Source of the DNA: an uncultured Bacilli bacterium
GTDB taxonomy: Bacteria; Bacillota_I; Bacilli_A; RF39; UBA660
Length of the DNA stretch: 58,099 nucleotides
Reading direction: 5' to 3'
Assembly (NCBI GenBank): GCA_944358695.1
Contig: CALVRM010000018.1
Coordinates: forward strand, 1 to 58,099
The translations under genes and the position numbers were made by a program. The notes under the pieces were generated by a model. It was given only the letters and a program-made list of their open reading frames with translations. It ran no database searches and had not been told where the DNA came from. This document shows, piece after piece, positions 49,705 to 58,099 of this stretch. The first letter of the stretch is position 1; every line of letters begins with the position of its first letter.

Positions 49705-50574
49705 TTAATTACTATTTTTATTTTGAATATAATATGCATAATATTCTTCTAAAGTTAAATTCTCTTTTTGAAGCTGGTTAGCTATTTTTGAGCCAACGTA
49801 TCGGTAGTGCCAAGGCTCATATTGATAACCTGTGATGTCTTCTTTATCTTTAGGAAATCTTAAGATAAAACCATATTTATATGCGTTTTTTTGAAGCCAT
49901 TTGAAAGCATCAGTATTTTCAAAACTATTATCAATTTGATTAATATCGGTAGCTAAGCCGGTTTGGTGTTCTGAAAACCCTGGTCTAGCTGAATAAGTAT
50001 CAGCGGCAGTTTTACCATCTCTTTCAACGTAATTATTATATAAGGTTGTTTGATACTTATAAGTACGATAAGCTGAAGCATTTTTAATTATAATATTATC
50101 AAGAGTTGCCGCATCAGACATTTCCATAAAAGCATTGGCAGCTTCTTTTCGCATTTGACTATTTATACCAGTGTTATATTTAGCATTTAGTGTTATTAGG
50201 TCATCTGGTTCATAATCTTCTGTTAAATAATAATATTTGTTAACAAGCATTAAGTTATTATCTTGTAGGTTAGTTGCGATTGTATCTTTATATTTTTCTT
50301 TGTCTAAATTACAATTAACGTCAGCAATAATTTTACTGGGACTTAAATTTTTATCTTTGGCATAGGTTAGGTATCTATTTAAGTTGGCTTCAATATAATA
50401 TGTTTCTTCTTTTAAACTATTTTCAAGAGGATCAACAGGTTGATTTGCTTGGATATTTTTTTCTTCTTTTTTGTCTGTGGTGAGAAAATAAACTAGAGTG
50501 CCAATAATAATTAAAAGAAGAATATTGATGACAATAAATGTATTGCGTTTTTTCTTTTTTCTTTGTTTTGTCAT
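49705..50574 (-). CDS. M15B (VanY/LdcB-like) carboxypeptidase, paralog 1
   Basis: LVNK, SAYR, ARPGFSEHQTGLATD, YGFILRFP, EPWHYRYVG; N-terminal TM helix. Confidence 0.92.
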   Translation of the reverse strand: MTKQRKKKKRNTFIVINILLLIIIGTLVYFLTTDKKEEKNIQANQPVDPLENSLKEETYYIEANLNRYLTYAKDKNLSPSKIIADVNCNLDKEKYKDTIATNLQDNNLMLVNKYYYLTEDYEPDDLITLNAKYNTGINSQMRKEAANAFMEMSDAATLDNIIIKNASAYRTYKYQTTLYNNYVERDGKTAADTYSARPGFSEHQTGLATDINQIDNSFENTDAFKWLQKNAYKYGFILRFPKDKEDITGYQYEPWHYRYVGSKIANQLQKENLTLEEYYAYYIQNKNSN

Positions 50575-50576
50575 AT

Positions 50577-51530
50577 TTACTCCTTATCTAAATAATAAGC
50601 ATAGTATTCATCGTATGTTAATCCAGATTTTTTGACTTTGGTTGCTAAATCTTTACCTAAATAGCGGTAGTGCCATGATTCATAGGCGTAACCGGTTATT
50701 TCTTCTTTGTCTTTAGGGTACCTTAAGATAAAACCATATTTATGGGCATTTTTTTGAAGCCATTTGAAAGCATCAGTTTGATCAAAAGTTTCTCCGGATG
50801 CTCCATAAGTAATAATATCTAAGGCAAGCCCGCTTTGGTGTTCTGAATAATCAGGTCTAGCTGCATATTCATCGGCATATTCTTCACCTTTTAACTCTTT
50901 ATAGTCGTCATATATTTTTTTCTGTTCTTCATAAGTGCGGTAACCGGAATTGATGATTAAAGTATAGCCTTCTTCTTTGGCACTATTAAACATTTCTTTA
51001 AATGCATCTAAGACAACTTGTCTAGTTTTGATTCCGTCAAAAGCATACCAATTACTAACATCTACAACATCAGTTGGAGCGTATTTATCAGGTAAAGAAA
51101 AGTATTTATTAACTAAAATAGCATTTTCTTGTTGCATATCAGTTTTTTTAGTATGCGTGTAATAATCATAATTGCGTTTAACATTAACCATAGCTACTAT
51201 ATCTTGATAATCAATATCGTTAGTTTCTTTTTCTTTTTTAGTTATATATTCTTTATAAATGCTGTAATTTTTCCATAAAAAATATTTTTGCTTAGTTAAA
51301 GGAATTAAATCTTTATCATATTTTGTCAAGGCTTTGTCTAGGACCTTTTTATCGCTTTTAAGTAAAGCTGATATTTCTTTTTCGTTATATCCTAGTTTAT
51401 CTAGTTTATATTCATTACTAGTGTAATGCGTGTAAAGTTTAAACGCTATCACTGCTATTATTATAATAATTACGATAATTATAGCTATGATAATTGGTCT
51501 TTTTTTTATTTTCCTTTTTTTATTATACAT
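50577..51530 (-). CDS. M15B (VanY/LdcB-like) carboxypeptidase, paralog 2
   Basis: LVNK, SGYR, ARPDYSEHQSGLALD, YGFILRYP, ESWHYRYLG; N-terminal TM helix. Confidence 0.92.
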   Translation of the reverse strand: MYNKKRKIKKRPIIIAIIIVIIIIIAVIAFKLYTHYTSNEYKLDKLGYNEKEISALLKSDKKVLDKALTKYDKDLIPLTKQKYFLWKNYSIYKEYITKKEKETNDIDYQDIVAMVNVKRNYDYYTHTKKTDMQQENAILVNKYFSLPDKYAPTDVVDVSNWYAFDGIKTRQVVLDAFKEMFNSAKEEGYTLIINSGYRTYEEQKKIYDDYKELKGEEYADEYAARPDYSEHQSGLALDIITYGASGETFDQTDAFKWLQKNAHKYGFILRYPKDKEEITGYAYESWHYRYLGKDLATKVKKSGLTYDEYYAYYLDKE

Positions 51531-51875
51531 ACTATCACCATTTTAATTATACCATTTTTTTTTATAAATGGAAATGTTATAAGCTATTTAATGAGTGCTA
51601 ATGGTGCTGTTGATGAATATTTATTTTAAAAAGAACGGTAGTAAATTTGTTGTTAATAAGCTGTTAAATAAATTAATTTTCTTGTTAGAACTTGGAAATT
51701 AGAATAAAAGTTTTTTTCGTAGAGGTTTGGTCGATCTATTATAGTGGTTTTTTGCTGATTATTTTTTAATTATGATGTTTAAAAATCATTTTCCTTTCAA
51801 CAAAATTGTTAAAGGGGTATACAAATTTTAAAATAAATGTTAAAATTATATTGTATTCAAATAGAGGGTGATTGG

Positions 51876-52295
51876 GTGAAATATTTAGGTTTAGATTTAG
51901 GTACGCGAACTTTAGGTGTTGCGATATCTGACATAACTAAAACAATTGCGACAACCTATACAACGCTTCATTTTAGCGATAACGACTATGAAAGTGCACT
52001 TAAACAGTTAGAACCTATTATCGAAACTGAAAATATCGAGAAAATTATCTTGGGTTTTCCGAAAAATATGAACAATTCAGTAGGCCCTCGAGCTGAAACA
52101 ACATTATCATTTAAACGTTTATTGGAACTGAAGTTTGATATCGAAGTGATAATGCAAGATGAAAGGTTATCAACCAAAGAGGCGAGTAGTTATATGATAA
52201 AGGCCGATATGTCGAGAAAGAAACGCAAAAAGAAAATTGACAGTTTGGCGGCTAATATTATATTACAAACTTATTTGGATAAAAGAAAGGATTGA
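51876..52295 (+). CDS. ruvX: YqgF/RuvX family pre-16S rRNA nuclease
   Basis: LGLDLGTRTLGVAISD, GFPKNM, DERLST, IDSLAA.IILQ; GTG start at 51876. Confidence 0.93.
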   Translation: MKYLGLDLGTRTLGVAISDITKTIATTYTTLHFSDNDYESALKQLEPIIETENIEKIILGFPKNMNNSVGPRAETTLSFKRLLELKFDIEVIMQDERLSTKEASSYMIKADMSRKKRKKKIDSLAANIILQTYLDKRKD

Positions 52296-52299
52296 GATT

Positions 52300-52617
52300 A
52301 TGCCAGGAAATGAAAAATTACCAGAACTAAAATTTAAAGCTGTGGATGCAGAAGGAAGACAAATTGATTGTGATACATTATTTATGTTCGAATCGCCAGA
52401 AACTGGGAAAAATTATATAGTTTATACTGATAATTCTATTGACGAAGAAGGAAATACAAGGGTGTATGCTTCAATTTATAATCCAGAGGATTTAAAAATG
52501 GCTGAAGGGCAAGACTTAGCTGCTTTAGAGCTTATTCCTATTGAAACAGAAAAAGAGTGGAAGATTATTGAAACAATTCTTGAAGAAATGCAAAATCATG
52601 TTGAGGAAGATCAGTAG
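52300..52617 (+). CDS. DUF1292 family protein (YrzB-like)
   Basis: LFMFESPETGKNYIVY, PIETEKEW; follows ruvX as in Bacillus. Confidence 0.85.
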   Translation: MPGNEKLPELKFKAVDAEGRQIDCDTLFMFESPETGKNYIVYTDNSIDEEGNTRVYASIYNPEDLKMAEGQDLAALELIPIETEKEWKIIETILEEMQNHVEEDQ

Positions 52618-52625
52618 GTTTAACC

Positions 52626-53705
52626 TTGAAACGACGTAAGTTTTCAATAAAAAAATTTGCACTATTCATAATAGTGCTTATTATTTTAGCTGTAGTATTA
52701 TTTTTAGGTTTTTATAAGTTGCAAACGTCATCTGTGAGTAAGGACACAAAAGCTATTGCAGTTGAAGTTGAAAAAGGTGATAATTACTTTACTATGGCTA
52801 GTAAATTGAAAAATCAAGATTTGATAAGATCAGAATTTTTCTATAAAATCTTCCTAAAATTTCATAAGCCGGGAGAACTTAACGTGGGGACTTATGAATT
52901 GAATCAAGCGATGAGTGTAGCTGAAATTGTTGAGACCCTTGGCAATGAAAATAACCTTCAGGATTCAAGAGTTAAACTAACTTTTAGAGAAGGTTTAAAT
53001 GTAAGACAGATGGCCGATATTGTTGAAGAAAAAACTGACATTAAAGCTGAAACATTTTTGGCTAAAATATCTGATGAAACGTATATTAATAGTTTAATAA
53101 ATAAGTATTGGTTTATTACTGATGAGGTAAAAAATGCTGAAATTTATTATGACCTTGAGGGATATTTATTTCCAGATACGTATATTTTTGAAAAAGATGA
53201 GGTTACTTTAGATAGTATTTTAGAAAAGATTTTAGAAAATACTGATAAGAAGCTAAGTAACTTTAAAACGGAGATACAAAATAGTGATTACACGGTTCAT
53301 CAAATTTTAACTTTAGCTTCATTAGTTGAACTTGAGGCTGTAACTGATAGTGATAGAGCGAAGGTAGCTGGGGTATTTTATAATAGGTTAAATAATGGGT
53401 GGTCACTAGGCAGTGACGTAACTACTTATTATGCTGCGAAAAAATCGATGACTGAAAAATTAACTAAGTCTGAATTAAATTCATGTAATGGTTATAATAC
53501 AAGATGTACTTCGATGAAAGGCCTTCCAGTTGGACCAATTGATAATCCAAGCTTAAGTGCAATTGAGGCGTCAATTAATCCAACTGACACTGATTGTTAT
53601 TATTTTGTAGCTGATAGCGAGAAAAAAGTTTATTTTACAAGAAATGCGAATGAACATGAGGCGATAATTGCTAAACTGAAAGAGGAAGGCAAATGGATAG
53701 GCTAG
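52626..53705 (+). CDS. mltG: Endolytic transglycosylase MltG
   Basis: LEGYLFPDTY, LASLVELE, VFYNRL, YNT...GLPVGPIDNP; N-terminal TM helix. Confidence 0.93.
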   Translation: MKRRKFSIKKFALFIIVLIILAVVLFLGFYKLQTSSVSKDTKAIAVEVEKGDNYFTMASKLKNQDLIRSEFFYKIFLKFHKPGELNVGTYELNQAMSVAEIVETLGNENNLQDSRVKLTFREGLNVRQMADIVEEKTDIKAETFLAKISDETYINSLINKYWFITDEVKNAEIYYDLEGYLFPDTYIFEKDEVTLDSILEKILENTDKKLSNFKTEIQNSDYTVHQILTLASLVELEAVTDSDRAKVAGVFYNRLNNGWSLGSDVTTYYAAKKSMTEKLTKSELNSCNGYNTRCTSMKGLPVGPIDNPSLSAIEASINPTDTDCYYFVADSEKKVYFTRNANEHEAIIAKLKEEGKWIG

Positions 53706-54262
53706 AAGAGTACGCTAGTGAAAATAATATTCCCATCATGCAAAAAGATGGGATTTTATTTCTGACTAATTATATTAAAACTAATGATGTTAAGCGTATT
53801 TTAGAAATTGGATCGGCGATTGGTTATTCAGCTTGTAAAATGGCTTTAGTTGATGAGGATATTTCAATTGTTACGATTGAAAAGGATGAAGTTAGATACA
53901 ATGAAGCTATCAAAAATATTCGTGATTTTGGTCTTGAAAAACAAATCGAAGTAATACTAGGTGATGCACTCGAAACGAAGATCGAAGGTTTATTTGATTT
54001 AATATTTATTGATGCAGCTAAAGCGCAATATATTAAATTTTTTGAAAAGTATAAAGCTAATTTGGCTGATAATGGTGTTATTATTTCTGACAATCTTAAT
54101 TTTCATGGATTAACTTTAAACATTGATAGTATTCAAAGTAAAAATTTAAAGGCTTTAGTTCGAAAAATAATAAATTATAAAAAGTTTTTAATGGATAACA
54201 AAGAATTTCATACTGAGTTTTTAGAAATTGGTGATGGAATTGGTATTAGTAAAAGAATATAA
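53693..54262 (+). CDS. trmR: O-methyltransferase (YrrM/TrmR-like)
   Basis: ILEIGSAIGYS, FDLIFIDAAK, DN, GDG; synteny with mltG and the U32 genes. Confidence 0.8.
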   Translation: MDRLEEYASENNIPIMQKDGILFLTNYIKTNDVKRILEIGSAIGYSACKMALVDEDISIVTIEKDEVRYNEAIKNIRDFGLEKQIEVILGDALETKIEGLFDLIFIDAAKAQYIKFFEKYKANLADNGVIISDNLNFHGLTLNIDSIQSKNLKALVRKIINYKKFLMDNKEFHTEFLEIGDGIGISKRI

Positions 54263-54457
54263 GCTTTTCCTTTTGCGTTATAAGGTCATTCTTATCAAGT
54301 GTTGCTTAAATAAATTGAGATAAATTGCAGTGGTGGTATTTGGCTTTATTATTGCAATAAAATAGTAAGTATGTTTTGTACTTGCTTTTTTTGTCTAAAT
54401 TTGTTAAAAATGATTTATTTTATGATATACTAAAAATAGAGAGGAGTACGTTTAGAT

Positions 54458-55234
54458 ATGAATAATGCAAAATTAAAAGCTAGTGCAAGAAAAAAATTGT
54501 CTGGTAATTATGGACCTTTACTTTCAGCACTATTAATATTTATCCTATTAGGAGGGTTATGCCATTTGGTTTCGTATTTAGTAAATACCCCTTGGTTAGA
54601 TCCTTTATTAATGTTGATCGTTTATGCTTTGTTTATGATGGGATTAATAAAAATGGTTGTTAAAGTATCGCGGGGGAAAAAAGCAAAGATAGAAGATTTT
54701 TTTAATCAAACTGAGGCCTTTTTTAAATATATAGGAATTACTTGCTGTCTATTGGTTATTGCGTTTGTTTTGGGTCTACTAGAGATGATTGCTTTTAAGA
54801 CATTAGTTGAAGTAATAACTTATCAAGCGGAAATGAATTTTGCTTTAGCTATATTTTTAATTATTTTTGGCTTGCTTTTAACGGTTGCTATATTAATGGT
54901 TGGAATATTTATAGCTATTGCTTTTTCACAAATATTATTTATTTTAAATGATGAACCTGATATTACTATTAGAAAAGTTTTTTCTAAAAGTTTTGACATG
55001 ATGGAAAATTATATTTTTGATTATTTTGTTTTAATTTTAAGTTTTTGTGGTTGGCTTATTTTAGGGATATTTACTTTTGGTATTTTATACTTTTGGTTAA
55101 TACCGTATATGATGGTGACGCTGGCTAATTTCTATAATGAGATAAAAAAAGAATATGTCGAATATAAGGGCAATAGGGAACCGGAAATGATTTTTAATAA
55201 TAGCGATGTTGATGATGATATTGAATATTTATAA
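54458..55234 (+). CDS. DUF975 family membrane protein
   Basis: LKASARKKL.GN, S..MM, LSFCGW...TFGI..FWL.PY....ANFY. Confidence 0.85.
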   Translation: MNNAKLKASARKKLSGNYGPLLSALLIFILLGGLCHLVSYLVNTPWLDPLLMLIVYALFMMGLIKMVVKVSRGKKAKIEDFFNQTEAFFKYIGITCCLLVIAFVLGLLEMIAFKTLVEVITYQAEMNFALAIFLIIFGLLLTVAILMVGIFIAIAFSQILFILNDEPDITIRKVFSKSFDMMENYIFDYFVLILSFCGWLILGIFTFGILYFWLIPYMMVTLANFYNEIKKEYVEYKGNREPEMIFNNSDVDDDIEYL

Positions 55235-55317
55235 AAACTTTGTTTTTTAATAATTATTAATACTATTGATGACAAAGATAATTATTTTTTGGTATAATAT
55301 TTTCTCGAGGTGTGTTT

Positions 55318-56133
55318 ATGAAAGTAGCTGCTGTTATTCAAAGTATCGATCAAGCATGGAAAATTAAAAATTTGGTTTCGGCGTATTTAGTGCCAATTAA
55401 CGATTTTAGTATCAATTATACTAAAACTTTTTCTTTAAAAGAGGTTTTTTCGCTTACAAAAACCGAAAAAGAAATATTTTTAATTGTTAATAAAAATATT
55501 CATAATAGTGAACTTGGTGATTTAGAAAAATTATTATTAGAAATTGAAAACTTTGGGATCTCAGGAATTGTTTATTATGATATTTCTTTAATTAATATTA
55601 AAAGAAAATTAAGATTAAAAACGCCATTGATATGGGGTCAAGAACACATGGTGACAAATTATAAAACTATCAACTATTGGTATTCAAAGGGTGCTGATTA
55701 TGCATATTTATCTTCAGAACTGACGAAAAAAGAGATAGATGAGATTATAGAAAAGAGTAAAGCGAAACTGTTTATTAATGTTTTTGGTTATGTTCCTATG
55801 TTTACCTCAAGAAGGCATTTGATAAATAATTATTTGGAATATTTCGATTTGCAGGCTGAGAATAAATCTAAATTGATCTATAAAGAAGGAAATTATTATC
55901 CAATTGTAGATACACCTTATGGGACAACTGTTTATTCTAATTATGTACTAAATATGTTAGATCAGGATTTTTCTTTAGTAGATTATATTGTTTTTAATAG
56001 TGAACTAATTAAGGAAGAAGATTTTTACGATGTTTTATTTAAGTATAAAAATGGTAAAAATAATTATAAGTTTCCTTTTGAATATGGCTTTTTATATAAA
56101 GAAACTGTTTATAGGGTGAAGAAAGATGCATAG
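55318..56133 (+). CDS. U32 peptidase-family protein (YrrN-like subunit of tRNA hydroxylase)
   Basis: VTNY..INYW, LSSELT, PMFTSRRHL; overlaps the downstream U32 gene. Confidence 0.8.
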   Translation: MKVAAVIQSIDQAWKIKNLVSAYLVPINDFSINYTKTFSLKEVFSLTKTEKEIFLIVNKNIHNSELGDLEKLLLEIENFGISGIVYYDISLINIKRKLRLKTPLIWGQEHMVTNYKTINYWYSKGADYAYLSSELTKKEIDEIIEKSKAKLFINVFGYVPMFTSRRHLINNYLEYFDLQAENKSKLIYKEGNYYPIVDTPYGTTVYSNYVLNMLDQDFSLVDYIVFNSELIKEEDFYDVLFKYKNGKNNYKFPFEYGFLYKETVYRVKKDA

Positions 56134-57322
56134 ACCGGAGTTATTAGCGCCAGCGGGTGATTTGGAAAGATTGAAGATAGCTTTGCTATATGGGGCGGAT
56201 GCAGTATATATCGGTGGTGATTTTAGTCTTAGGGCAAACGCCAATAATTTTAGTTTGTCAGAGATCGAAGAAGGGGTATGTTATGCTCATAAACTTAATA
56301 AAAAAGTTTATGTCACTGTTAATATAGCAATGCATAATAAAGAGTTAGAAACAATTGTTAGCTATTTAAAAGATTTAGATAGTATAGGCGTTGATGCAAT
56401 TATTGTTAGTGATCCAGGAATTATTCATTTGGCGAAAGAGCATACTAATTTGGAAATTCATTTATCTACTCAAAATTCTAGTTTAAATAAAGAGGCAATA
56501 GCTTTTTGGAAAAGTGAAGGCTTAACTAGAGTGGTTTTAGCTAGAGAATGCACAAGAGAAGACATAAAAGATATAAAAGAAAATGTTGATATTGAGCTTG
56601 AAGTTTTTGTTCATGGTGCGATGTGTGCTTCATATAGTGGCAGATGTGTGCTTTCTAATTTTTTAACGGCTCGTGATTCTAATCGTGGTGGTTGTAGTCA
56701 AATATGTCGCTGGGATTTTGATTTAATCGAGGAAGGCGAGCATTTAAAAGGCGAAAGACCTTTTACCTTTTGTACTAAAGATTTATCGTTAATTAAGTAT
56801 ATACCTGATCTAATTAATATTGGAGTAGACAGTTTAAAAGTTGAAGGTAGAATGCGTTCATCTTACTATATTGCAACGATTATTAAAGTTTATCGTATGG
56901 TAATTGATGAATATATGAACAATCCGGAAAAGTATGAATATAATTTAGAGTATGAACGTATTTTAAGGCGCTGTGCTAATCGTGATTCTGTACCGCAATT
57001 TTTTAATGGTATATTTGATAAGGATGTACAATATTATAATGGCAGGATGGAAATTACGAATCAAGATTTCTTAGGAATGGTTTTGGAATATGATCGAGAG
57101 AATGGACTTGCAAAAATTCAACAGCGAAATTATTTTGCACTCGGTGATGAAATGACAATATTTGGTCCTAAGGAAGAGTGTACTTTTACGTTAACTGAGC
57201 TCTATGATGAAAGTATGCAACCGCTTGAAATTGTTCGTCATCCTAAGCAAATTGTTTATATTAAAGTGCCAATAGCGGTGGATGAAAATTATATGTTAAA
57301 AAAGTCCTTGACAAAGGATTGA
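56126..57322 (+). CDS. U32 peptidase-family tRNA hydroxylase (YrrO-like)
   Basis: PELLAPAG, GADAVY, HGAMCASYSGRC, NRGGCSQICR Fe-S motif, SLKVEGR. Confidence 0.92.
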   Translation: MHRPELLAPAGDLERLKIALLYGADAVYIGGDFSLRANANNFSLSEIEEGVCYAHKLNKKVYVTVNIAMHNKELETIVSYLKDLDSIGVDAIIVSDPGIIHLAKEHTNLEIHLSTQNSSLNKEAIAFWKSEGLTRVVLARECTREDIKDIKENVDIELEVFVHGAMCASYSGRCVLSNFLTARDSNRGGCSQICRWDFDLIEEGEHLKGERPFTFCTKDLSLIKYIPDLINIGVDSLKVEGRMRSSYYIATIIKVYRMVIDEYMNNPEKYEYNLEYERILRRCANRDSVPQFFNGIFDKDVQYYNGRMEITNQDFLGMVLEYDRENGLAKIQQRNYFALGDEMTIFGPKEECTFTLTELYDESMQPLEIVRHPKQIVYIKVPIAVDENYMLKKSLTKD

Positions 57323-57375
57323 TTGTGTAGTATGATTTTATGAAGTCATGATATTATAGAACTGAGGTGAAAATT

Positions 57376-57846
57376 ATGTCAAAAGCCGAAGAAGTTTATA
57401 TAACTGAACAAGGTCTTGAAGATATGAAAAAAGAATTAGAATACTTGCAAACTGAAAAAAGGCCAGAAGTTATAGAAGCACTAAAAGAAGCTCGTGCATT
57501 AGGAGATTTGAGCGAAAATGGTGAATATGATGCTGCAAGAAGTGAACAAGCAGAAGTTGAAACAAAAATCGCATCTTTAACTTCGATGATCGAAAATGCA
57601 ATAGTTATTGGTGATGCAGATACTGATGAGGTTTCAATTGGCAATACTGTTGAAGTGGAATATCTTGGTGACGATGAAAAAGAAATTTATGCAATTGTGG
57701 GTAGCACAGAAGCTGATCCATTTGAAAATAAAATTTCTAATGAATCGCCAATTGCACAGGCTATTATGGGTAAAAAAGTTGGTGACATAGCTAAAGTAGT
57801 TAGTCCAAATGGCGAATATGAAGTTAAAATTTTAAATATTAAATAA
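57376..57846 (+). CDS. greA: Transcription elongation factor GreA
   Basis: ARALGDLSENGEY, IVGSTEAD, ISNESPIA. Confidence 0.96.
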   Translation: MSKAEEVYITEQGLEDMKKELEYLQTEKRPEVIEALKEARALGDLSENGEYDAARSEQAEVETKIASLTSMIENAIVIGDADTDEVSIGNTVEVEYLGDDEKEIYAIVGSTEADPFENKISNESPIAQAIMGKKVGDIAKVVSPNGEYEVKILNIK

Positions 57847-58099
57847 GTTGTTTTAAATATATTATAAGTTTGATAATTATAAATAATAGGTTTTAATAAA
57901 AATTAGATTTAGACGATCTAATTTTTTTGTGATTTTACTTCTTTTGCAATCCCTTGTGTAAACCTGCATTTTCGTTAAATTAAGAGAAAACTTCCCGGTA
58001 TAAACCCAAAAATAGTTATAGAGGTAAAATCCCGGAAAATAAGGGGAAAGTCTAGACAAAAACAAATTAAAATGATAAAATAAAGCCGAATTAAGTTAA

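Noticed and set aside
49705-51530. Vancomycin resistance locus
   Set aside because: No vanA/H/X/R/S genes nearby; M15B enzymes are common housekeeping peptidases.
194-57790. Many 60-125 aa ORFs inside known genes (e.g. 4055-4432, 6664-6999, 21448-21735, 25527-25862, 33106-33408, 40159-40392, 57396-57644)
   Set aside because: Antisense or alternate-frame shadows with no RBS or recognisable motifs.
57877-58065. 62-aa minus-strand ORF at the window end
   Set aside because: No recognisable motif or RBS; it cannot be judged at the window edge.

Overview
AT-rich chromosomal window from a low-GC Firmicute (class Bacilli). Its content suggests a streamlined lineage that keeps cell-wall and sporulation genes, possibly RF39-like; that placement is inference only. 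It is mostly housekeeping: rnr-like, polC, polA, serS, mutM, tmcAL, rpmF, rodA/ftsW, rpsT-gpr-spoIIP, nfo, pbpA, rpmG (missing from the ORF track), efp, infC-rpmI-rplT, murD, mraY, tig, priA-fmt, ruvAB-queA-miaA, two VanY-like carboxypeptidases, and ruvX-mltG-trmR-U32-U32-greA. I found no transposase, integrase, phage gene, CRISPR array, rRNA or tRNA. The most notable items are: (1) an isolated pentapeptide-repeat gene built from 126-bp tandem units with fixed hypervariable positions; (2) a Ser T-box riboswitch separated from serS by an orphan passenger ORF and lacking an obvious canonical terminator; (3) a 43-bp dispersed intergenic element found twice, each time upstream of a ribosomal-protein operon; (4) L20 fused to a Rho_N-like domain; (5) a PolC with an ~70-aa insertion and an altered palm motif; (6) a Cys-less EIIB-like membrane protein next to an orphan kinase with Spo0A boxes. 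All calls come from motif recognition by eye; no searches were run.
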